Source: Patescibacteria group bacterium
GTDB lineage: Bacteria; Patescibacteriota; Patescibacteriia; UBA9570
Reading direction: 5' to 3'
Assembly: GCA_041665365.1 (NCBI GenBank)
Contig: JBAYIY010000008.1
Span: 6,396 to 70,395 of the forward strand
DNA length: 64,000 bases
Position numbers and translations under genes: made by a program. Under the pieces are notes generated by a model. The model had not been told where the DNA came from and did not search any database. It worked only from the letters and a program-made list of their open reading frames with translations. Shown here piece by piece: positions 56,730-64,000 of the stretch; position 1 is the stretch's first letter; each line of letters begins with the position of its first letter.

Positions 56730-58904
56730 TTAATTACCAAACGGCTTCCAACTTAACACAGTCTTACCAGCTCCATTTATTTTTACTACCACCGTTTTAT
56801 TTCTAACTTCTACTCGATAGGAATGTCTAATGTAGTGGTAAGTAGTTTGCTGCAATAAATTGAAGGTATTATTTTGTGTGTTAAAATTATAAACTCTTAA
56901 ATATAGAGTTGACGCTCGTTTAGCTGAGATAACAAACTCTTCGGTGTTTGTTGAATTATTCAGATTACCAATGGCTGGTTGGCGCCAGTGTAATTTAGGA
57001 GATAATCTTTGTTTCTTTAGGACTGTTCCGGTAGTATCGTACATATGTATAGTAGAACCAGATTTTTTCTTGAGAGCTAAAACATAATTAGTGTTTTTTA
57101 TGTCGACTAGTCGAGCAAGCACGCCTCCTTTAGTAAAGGCTACCCATTGTCTAATACGTACATCATTACTATCATATAGACTAATAATTCCAGGACCAGT
57201 GTTAGTACCCAGCACATAAGCCACTGATCCAGTATCGTTGGTTTCATTTCCATTAATGACATAACCGTCAGGTGTAGTGAAAGAACAGATCGAGATAGTA
57301 TCATTTGGATCACCTAAACTATCATTATCTTCATCACGATAATAAGTTTGATTTTCATGAATTGTAGCATCAGCATCATTACAGTCTGTGCTGGTAATAC
57401 TACCATCATTATCATAATCGGTATCATTTGTATCAGTGCTATTAGTGACATAGCCAGCTGTGACAGTCATCGAACAAACCACTGAGGTGGTAGCGAGATC
57501 ACCTAAACCATCCAGATCAGCATCACGGTAATAGGTTTGATTAGAGTGAACGGTGGCATCAGCATCATTACAGTCTGTGCTGGTAATACTACCATCATTA
57601 TCATAATCGGTATCATTGGTATCGGTGCTGTTATTAACGTAACCGGCTGGAGCAATGCTTAAACAAACGGCTGTTGTGGTTGCTAAATCCCCTAAACCAT
57701 CTTGATCGTTGTCTCGGTAATAAGTTTGGTTAATACTAACGGTAGCATCATTATCATTACAGTCTTGTCCAACATAACTGCCATCATTATCTGTGTCGTA
57801 GTCAATAATAGTTGCTCCAGCAAAAACTCCAGACGGATCCACTATACTATTGCTGTCTTCATCTAGATATAGATAACCAAGATAAGCAGCACCTGTATTA
57901 ACATCAACATCACTGTTTCCGTTAGCGCCTATTAATATATCATCAAAACCATCGTTATTAATATCGCCGGCGGGAGATACGGAAATACCAGCACTATCAC
58001 CAGCTGTTTCTCCAGTGAATTCTACTGCGGTTGATAAAGATGATGTACCAGTGAAAGGAGTTGATTGACCGTAAATCAGATAAACCGCACCTGCACTTGC
58101 ATCGGCATCGCTATTTCGATCAGCTCCTATTAAGATGTCATCAAAACCGTCATTGTTAACATCTCCGGCCGAAGCCACGGAACGCCCAGCATTATCATTA
58201 TTACCCGTTACCTCTCCAGTGAATTCTACTGCAGTTGATAAAGATGAAGTACCAGCGAAAGGAGTTGATTGACCATAGATTAAGTATACTGCACCGGCTC
58301 CAACGTCGGCGTCGTTATTTCCATCTGCACCGATTAAAATGTCATCAAAACCGTCATTATTAACATCGCCAGCCGAGGCCACAGCTCGTCCAGCAGCATC
58401 GTTCGCGGCTTCTCCGGTAAATTCTGCAGCGGTTGACAAAGAAATTACACCTGACAAAGGGGTAGCTTGTCCATAGATTAGATATGCCGCACCGGCTCCA
58501 ATGTCTGCGTCGCCATTTCTATAAGCTCCTATTAAAATGTCATCAAAACCGTCATTGTTAACATCTCCGGCCGAAGCCACGGAACGTCCAGCAGCGTCAT
58601 TTTCGGCTTCCCCGGTAAATTCCACCGCAGTTGATAAAGACGCACTGACTAAATGATTGGCTTGCCCATAGATCAGATAAACCGCACCGGCACCTATTGC
58701 CGCATCACTGTTTCCTTGGGCTGCTATTAAAATGTCGTCGTAACCATCACCATTAAAATCTCCAGCTGAAGATAAATGTTCACCGGCATAGTCAGAAGTG
58801 ACTTCACCGGTATATTCTTGAAAGGTAGATAAACTATACACATCTTGTGCTAAGGCAGATGATGGTAGAGTTAACAGCAAGGCTAGTAATATTTTTTTCA
58901 TCAT
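56730..58904 (-). CDS. secreted FG-GAP (integrin-alpha-like) repeat protein with three C-terminal Cys/Asp-rich ~43-aa repeats
   Basis: Signal peptide MMKKILLALLLTLPSSALA; five repeats of AGDxNxDGxDDILIGA...GAxYLIYGQ; repeats of DTNDTDYDNDGSITSTDCNDADATxHxNQTYYRDxDxDGLGD. Confidence 0.7.
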   Translation of the reverse strand: MMKKILLALLLTLPSSALAQDVYSLSTFQEYTGEVTSDYAGEHLSSAGDFNGDGYDDILIAAQGNSDAAIGAGAVYLIYGQANHLVSASLSTAVEFTGEAENDAAGRSVASAGDVNNDGFDDILIGAYRNGDADIGAGAAYLIYGQATPLSGVISLSTAAEFTGEAANDAAGRAVASAGDVNNDGFDDILIGADGNNDADVGAGAVYLIYGQSTPFAGTSSLSTAVEFTGEVTGNNDNAGRSVASAGDVNNDGFDDILIGADRNSDADASAGAVYLIYGQSTPFTGTSSLSTAVEFTGETAGDSAGISVSPAGDINNDGFDDILIGANGNSDVDVNTGAAYLGYLYLDEDSNSIVDPSGVFAGATIIDYDTDNDGSYVGQDCNDNDATVSINQTYYRDNDQDGLGDLATTTAVCLSIAPAGYVNNSTDTNDTDYDNDGSITSTDCNDADATVHSNQTYYRDADLDGLGDLATTSVVCSMTVTAGYVTNSTDTNDTDYDNDGSITSTDCNDADATIHENQTYYRDEDNDSLGDPNDTISICSFTTPDGYVINGNETNDTGSVAYVLGTNTGPGIISLYDSNDVRIRQWVAFTKGGVLARLVDIKNTNYVLALKKKSGSTIHMYDTTGTVLKKQRLSPKLHWRQPAIGNLNNSTNTEEFVISAKRASTLYLRVYNFNTQNNTFNLLQQTTYHYIRHSYRVEVRNKTVVVKINGAGKTVLSWKPFGN

Positions 58905-58974
58905 AACAACAATATTATATCATTTTTAAATGATCAAAGGCAACTTTTTATTTTAATGTCTAGTTGACAACAAT

Positions 58975-59081
58975 TAGATTCCCTCACCACCTCTATGTTT
59001 ATGTTTTTCGAATCGATTGTGGCCATGATGGTAGGTTTTTTTACTGTTAGGTGTTTGTATTGCTATTTTTAAACCAAAAGA
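58975..59081 (+). pseudogene. degenerate partial copy of the EamA gene 3' end (source 56511-56668) with an internal ~51-bp deletion
   Basis: Alignable base-for-base to 56511-56560 and 56612-56668; deletion endpoints fall at repeated TTAGGTG. Confidence 0.75.
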
Positions 59082-59192
59082 AAAACAGATAAGGGGTGTT
59101 TTTCAAGTGAAAGGAGGATCGATGGATTGATCCTGCAACTTTCAAATTGCTATTTTGTCAAGTCTGTACTATTGTAGATACCCAACATATAT

Positions 59193-60935
59193 ATGACAAA
59201 ACTATTACGTTTTTTAAAACCATATTGGTGGCAATTATTGCTCTTGTTGGGGGTGGTGTTTTTACAAGTGGCGGCCAACTTATCTTTGCCAGATTATATG
59301 GCTAAGATTATCAATGACGGCATTGTGGCGAAAAATAGCGATCTCATTTGGTCGACGGGTGGAGTGATGTTACTCGTGTCATTAGGTGGTGCCGCAGCAA
59401 CGGTAGTGGTCAGTTTTTTTGCAGCTCGGATTGCCACCGGTTTTGCGAAAGATATTAGACAGCTAGTGTTTGAACAAGTCGAGAGTTATTCATTAACTGA
59501 GTTTAATAAATTTTCTACAGCATCTTTAATAACTCGCTCCACTAATGATATTCAACAAATTCAAATGGTATTGGTGATGGTGCTACGCTTAGTGTTAATG
59601 GCGCCACTAACTGCAGTATGGGCAATTTATAAAGCCTATCAAAATGCGCCATCGATGACCTGGATTATGATTTTAGCTGTGGTGATATTACTATCGATTA
59701 TTATTTCTTTATTCATTATCGCCATCCCAAAGTTTACTCGATTACAACAGTTGGTAGATAGACTCAACTTGGTTACCCGAGAAATTCTCACCGGGTTACG
59801 CGTGATTCGAGCGTTTAATACAGAGAGTAGTGAGGAGAAAAAATTTGACGAGGCTAATGTTGACGTCACGAAAATAAACTTATTTGTGAACCGCTTAACG
59901 GTGTTTATGTTCCCAATGATGATGTTGATAATGAATATCACCATGTTGAGTGTAGTGTGGGTGGGAGCACATTTAATTGATGCTGGTAGTTTAGAAATCG
60001 GTCAAATGTTGGCCTTTATGCAATATGCCATGCAAGTGATCTTTTCTTTCTTGATGATTTCTATAATATTTATTTTGATTCCACGGGCTTCAGTGTCGGC
60101 TAAACGTGTTGCGGCCGTGTTAGAAACACCTTCAACAATTATTGATCCAACGGCACCGCTATTATTTCCGGAAAAAAGAACTGGTCTGGTGGAATTTGAT
60201 CATGTCACTTTTTCTTATCCCGGAGCAGACGTACCGGTCTTAAAAGACATTTCATTTGTAGCTAAATCAGGTGAAACTACAGCCTTTATTGGTAGTACTG
60301 GTAGTGGCAAATCTACTCTCATAAATTTGATACCGAGATTTTATGATGTTACCAATGGGATAATTAAAATTGATGGGGTTGATATTCGCCAAGTAAAATT
60401 AGAAGATTTATATAGTGGCATTGGTTATGTGCCACAACAAGGGGTGTTATTTTCTGGCACCGTAAACAGCAATATTAAATACGGAGCGCCAGACGCCACA
60501 GTTGAAGCTGTAAAGCAAGCTGTTAAGACGGCGCAGGCCACTGAGTTTGTTGAGAAACTAGACGGTGGTTATGATGCACCAATTGCCCAAAGTGGCACAA
60601 ATGTATCTGGTGGACAGAAACAAAGACTATCGATTGCGCGAGCCATTATTCGTCAACCACAGATCTACATTTTTGATGATAGTTTTTCCGCTCTCGATAT
60701 GAAAACAGATGCCTTATTACGCCAAGCTTTACGAGCTGAAACACACGATAAAACTGTTTTGATAGTGGCACAAAGAATTAGTACTATCATGCAAGCTGAT
60801 AAAATTATTGTGCTGGATGAAGGCAATGTTGTAGGGCAAGGCACACATCAAGAGTTAATGAAAACCTGTGCGGTGTATCGTGAAATTGCTTCATCACAGT
60901 TGTCTGAAACTGAATTAAGTACGATATCAATATGA
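59193..60935 (+). CDS. ABC exporter, fused permease-ATPase (ABCB/MsbA-like) subunit 1
   Basis: Six TM then Walker A GSTGSGKST, signature VSGGQKQRLSIARA, Walker B IYIFDDSFSALD. Confidence 0.9.
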   Translation: MTKLLRFLKPYWWQLLLLLGVVFLQVAANLSLPDYMAKIINDGIVAKNSDLIWSTGGVMLLVSLGGAAATVVVSFFAARIATGFAKDIRQLVFEQVESYSLTEFNKFSTASLITRSTNDIQQIQMVLVMVLRLVLMAPLTAVWAIYKAYQNAPSMTWIMILAVVILLSIIISLFIIAIPKFTRLQQLVDRLNLVTREILTGLRVIRAFNTESSEEKKFDEANVDVTKINLFVNRLTVFMFPMMMLIMNITMLSVVWVGAHLIDAGSLEIGQMLAFMQYAMQVIFSFLMISIIFILIPRASVSAKRVAAVLETPSTIIDPTAPLLFPEKRTGLVEFDHVTFSYPGADVPVLKDISFVAKSGETTAFIGSTGSGKSTLINLIPRFYDVTNGIIKIDGVDIRQVKLEDLYSGIGYVPQQGVLFSGTVNSNIKYGAPDATVEAVKQAVKTAQATEFVEKLDGGYDAPIAQSGTNVSGGQKQRLSIARAIIRQPQIYIFDDSFSALDMKTDALLRQALRAETHDKTVLIVAQRISTIMQADKIIVLDEGNVVGQGTHQELMKTCAVYREIASSQLSETELSTISI

Positions 60936-62758
60936 GTAAGGCCGGAGATAATTTTGGTCCAATGGGGCGTGGCGCCGGTATGATGCAAGGTGGTGAAAAA
61001 TCCAAGAACTTTTCTGTTACCATGAAACGGTTATTATCGTACCTGCGTCCGTTCTGGTGGTCGATTGGTATTGTATTATTTTTCGCGTTGGCTAGTACCA
61101 TATTTGCTATTGTCAGTCCAAGAATATTAGGTGATATGACTAATCAGGTAGTACTGGATTTAATGCAACGATCAGAGTTTCATTATGACAAATTACTCAC
61201 CTATGTTTATGAATTAATAGCACTATATGTGTTAAGTGCACTGTTTAGTTATATCCAAAGTTGGATTATGAGTGGCGTAGCGCAAAAAATATCCTATAAG
61301 TTTAGGCGTGATTTGGTTGAAAAAATTGGGCGCATGCCATTAAAATATTTCGATTCCAATACCCATGGTGAAATATTAAGCCGCGTCACTAATGATGTTG
61401 ATACAGTGAGTCAATCACTTAATCAGAGCTTATCTCAAATTATTACCTCAGTGACTTTGATTCTTGGTATTTTAGGCATGATGTTATCGATCAGTTGGCA
61501 GATGACTGGTGTATCTCTGGTAGTATTGCCATTGAGTTTTGGATTGATCGGTATAATTGCTAAACGATCACAACGTTATTTTAAGCAACAGCAAGAAGTA
61601 TTAGGGCATCTCAATGGTCATGTGGAAGAAATGTATTCCGGACATAATGTGATGCGCGTGTTCAATGCCCAACAGCGGTCGGTGGAAAAATTTCGTAGTA
61701 TCAACGATAAACTGTATGTTAGTGCCTGGAAATCACAGTTTCTCTCAGGTTTATTAATGCCTCTCATGAGTTTTGTTAGTAACATTAGTTATGTTGGTGT
61801 GTCGGTTGTGGGTGGTTGGCTGGCCATCAATGGTAAGGTTAGTATTGGAGACATTCAAGCGTTTATACAATATGTGCAGCAATTTAACCAACCAATTATT
61901 CAGACGGCCAACATAGCTAATGTTATGCAATCAACCGCCGCAGCCGCTGAACGGGTGTTTGAATTTCTTGGTGAGTCAGAAGAAATATCTGATGCCGATC
62001 ATCGTTTAGCCCTAACCAACGTGCGTGGCCAAGTTGAATTTGATCACGTGGTGTTTGGTTATGATCCAGCGCAAGTTATCATTAAAGATTTTACCGCGGT
62101 AATAAAACCCGGTCAGCGCGTGGCCATAGTCGGGCCAACCGGTGCCGGAAAAACTACCATGGTTAATTTATTGATGCGCTTTTATGATGTGCAAGCTGGC
62201 AGTATTAAAATTGATGGTGTCGATATTCGCCGTTTAGCCAGATCTGATGTACGTAAATTATTCGGCATGGTGCTACAAGACACGTGGTTATTCAATGGTA
62301 CGATCAAAGACAATTTAGCTTACGGTAAACCGAGTGCCGCAGAGTCAGACATTACGGCGGCCGCTAAAAATGCCCATGCGGATCATTTTGTGCATTCACT
62401 ACCACATGGTTACGATATGGTGTTAGATGAAGACACTAATAACATTTCGCAGGGTGAGAAACAATTACTCACCATTGCTCGTGCCATGTTGGTAAAAACC
62501 CCGATGCTTATTTTAGATGAAGCCACCAGTTCGGTTGATACCCGCACGGAAAGTTTAATTCAACAAGCCATGGAGCGTTTGATGGAAGGCAAAACCAGTT
62601 TTGTGATTGCGCATCGTTTATCCACTATTCGTAAGGCTGATTTAATTTTAGTAATGGATCATGGCAACATTGTTGAACAGGGGACACACCAATCATTATT
62701 ACAAAACAATGGTTTTTACGCCTCGATCTATAATAGCCAGTTTGTGGGTGCTAACTAA
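60932..62758 (+). CDS. ABC exporter, fused permease-ATPase subunit 2 (heterodimer partner)
   Basis: Walker A GPTGAGKTT, signature ISQGEKQLLTIARA, Walker B LILDEATSSVD; ATGA overlap with subunit 1. Confidence 0.9.
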   Translation: MSKAGDNFGPMGRGAGMMQGGEKSKNFSVTMKRLLSYLRPFWWSIGIVLFFALASTIFAIVSPRILGDMTNQVVLDLMQRSEFHYDKLLTYVYELIALYVLSALFSYIQSWIMSGVAQKISYKFRRDLVEKIGRMPLKYFDSNTHGEILSRVTNDVDTVSQSLNQSLSQIITSVTLILGILGMMLSISWQMTGVSLVVLPLSFGLIGIIAKRSQRYFKQQQEVLGHLNGHVEEMYSGHNVMRVFNAQQRSVEKFRSINDKLYVSAWKSQFLSGLLMPLMSFVSNISYVGVSVVGGWLAINGKVSIGDIQAFIQYVQQFNQPIIQTANIANVMQSTAAAAERVFEFLGESEEISDADHRLALTNVRGQVEFDHVVFGYDPAQVIIKDFTAVIKPGQRVAIVGPTGAGKTTMVNLLMRFYDVQAGSIKIDGVDIRRLARSDVRKLFGMVLQDTWLFNGTIKDNLAYGKPSAAESDITAAAKNAHADHFVHSLPHGYDMVLDEDTNNISQGEKQLLTIARAMLVKTPMLILDEATSSVDTRTESLIQQAMERLMEGKTSFVIAHRLSTIRKADLILVMDHGNIVEQGTHQSLLQNNGFYASIYNSQFVGAN

Positions 62759-64000
62759 ATGGCGTCTCGACGATACAATATACGCTTGGCTATTTCTACT
62801 ATACCTAAATAAACAATTACTAATCCGGCAATGGTAAGCATGACATACCAAGGTAGAGGGGAGAAATTAAATATATCTCCCAGTGGAGTATAGGGTGTTA
62901 GCCAACCAATTATAACAGCAGTAACAGTGGAAAATATTAATAAATTACTGGCGCGACTTTGAATAAAAGGTAAGCGTTTGGTTCTAATGATGTGTATGAC
63001 CAGTGTTTGCGTAGCCAGCGATTCTATAAACCAACCGGTTTGAAAGGCGGATTCACCTAACTGAAAGACAGAGAAGAGAATATAGAAAGTTAGTAAATCA
63101 AACACGGAACTGATCGGGCCAAACACATACATGAATTTTTTTACAAAGGCTAGATTCCATTTTTTTGGTTTGTTCAACCAATCAGCATCCACATTATCCC
63201 AGGGAATAGTGATTTGCGATATATCGTAAATAAAATTATTAAATAGAATCTGGATTGGCAACATTGGTAAAAATGGTAGATACACCACAGCTCCTAACAC
63301 GCTGAACATGTTGCCGAAATTTGAGCTTAAACCCATCATGATATATTTCATCGTGTTACCAAAAGCCCGGCGGCCTTCAATAACACCTTCAATTACCACA
63401 CCCAAATGTTTTTTGGTTAAAATAATATCAGCGGTTTCTTTGGCAATATCAACGGCGTTATTAACTGAAATACCGACGTCGGCGGTTTTTAATGACGGGG
63501 CATCGTTGATACCATCACCCATGTATCCAACCACATGGCCACGACCACGCAACACGGCAATAATGCGATTTTTTTCGTCTGGAGAAAACCGCGCGAAGAT
63601 GGTGGTGGCTTCGGCGCGCACGGCTAGGGCATCATTAGACAAAGTCGCCAGTTCACTCCCAGACATAACACCTCTGACCTCTAACCCAACATCACGACAA
63701 ATTTTTTCTGTGACTAATTCATTATCTCCCGTAATGACCTTTATTTCGATACCATATTTTTCTAGTTTCAATAAAACTTTGCGGACATCAGTTTTGGCTG
63801 GATCCAGAAATGATACCAAACCGGTCAAAGTTAAATCGGCTTCATCGGCTATAGTATATTTATCTTTGGCGGCTAAATTTGGTTTGGTCGCCAAAGCCAA
63901 CACACGGTAACCTTCTGCACTTAATTTTTTATAATAATCGAAAGCAGTTTGCTTCATGTCTTCTGTTAGGGGATAGGTTTTGCCGCCACGGTAATAGTGA
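62755..64000 (-). CDS. P-type ATPase (MgtA/Ca-type), C-terminal part; gene continues beyond window end
   Basis: Hinge motif MGDGINDAPSLKTADVGISV, VITGDN, C-terminal TM helices; frame remains open upstream of the listed Met to position 64000. Confidence 0.85.
   Translation of the reverse strand, partial: HYYRGGKTYPLTEDMKQTAFDYYKKLSAEGYRVLALATKPNLAAKDKYTIADEADLTLTGLVSFLDPAKTDVRKVLLKLEKYGIEIKVITGDNELVTEKICRDVGLEVRGVMSGSELATLSNDALAVRAEATTIFARFSPDEKNRIIAVLRGRGHVVGYMGDGINDAPSLKTADVGISVNNAVDIAKETADIILTKKHLGVVIEGVIEGRRAFGNTMKYIMMGLSSNFGNMFSVLGAVVYLPFLPMLPIQILFNNFIYDISQITIPWDNVDADWLNKPKKWNLAFVKKFMYVFGPISSVFDLLTFYILFSVFQLGESAFQTGWFIESLATQTLVIHIIRTKRLPFIQSRASNLLIFSTVTAVIIGWLTPYTPLGDIFNFSPLPWYVMLTIAGLVIVYLGIVEIAKRILYRRDAI

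Noticed and set aside
1-64000. Transposase, integrase, phage structural genes, rRNA genes
   Set aside because: None recognised in any frame; the mobile-element interpretations above rest only on repeat architecture and composition.

Overview
This is a 64 kb window from an AT-rich bacterial genome that uses the standard genetic code (TGA is a stop). I infer, not prove, that it is a Patescibacteria/CPR-type organism: the housekeeping proteins are compact, the enzymes are short, and tRNA genes lack an encoded CCA. The backbone is housekeeping. On the minus strand there is smc (5' part), rnc, nusB and an unlisted rpmF, followed by an operon ending in gyrA. On the plus strand: tpiA, rpsA, ftsH, a LOG-family gene, an RluA-type pseudouridine synthase, rplS, tsaD, valS, and a purK-purE pair. 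On the minus strand: queA, ruvB, a pilB/gspE ATPase. There are six tRNA genes, one of which appears to be tRNA-Ile(UAU). I see no rRNA, CRISPR array, transposase or integrase.

Set into this backbone are:
- a cell-envelope polysaccharide cluster (two O-antigen-ligase-like proteins, a GT1 glycosyltransferase, a Wzx-like flippase);
- metal-homeostasis genes (znuA-like, mntP);
- an ABC-2/GldG-like transporter set;
- two ABC exporters and a P-type ATPase (3' end).

The most interesting material lies in several small accessory inserts:
- (1) A roughly 600 bp segment with atypically high GC sits between two tRNA genes, each followed by a near-identical 36 nt motif. It carries a 66-aa ORF with a strong RBS.
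- (2) Two adjacent repeat-flanked cassettes lie between tsaD/DUF296 and an HD-domain gene coupled to valS. One holds an unknown 218-aa protein and the other a DUF559 endonuclease-like gene. They belong to a family of GC-rich palindromic miniature elements with at least four copies in the window.
- (3) An FG-GAP repeat protein gene is bracketed by a full copy and a deleted partial copy of the EamA transporter 3' end.
- (4) A translationally coupled pair of a standalone GHKL ATPase and a STAS-like protein sits behind a promoter bracketed by direct repeats.
- (5) Two paralogous atypical Hanks-type kinases lie in tandem, co-directional with a methyltransferase and a secreted GH5 hydrolase.
- (6) A promoter- and terminator-delimited small RNA candidate of about 165 nt.
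- (7) A 32-aa lysine-rich ORF with a consensus promoter, strong RBS and terminator.

Several genes (hsp20, pilB, the GHKL ATPase) appear to be leaderless.
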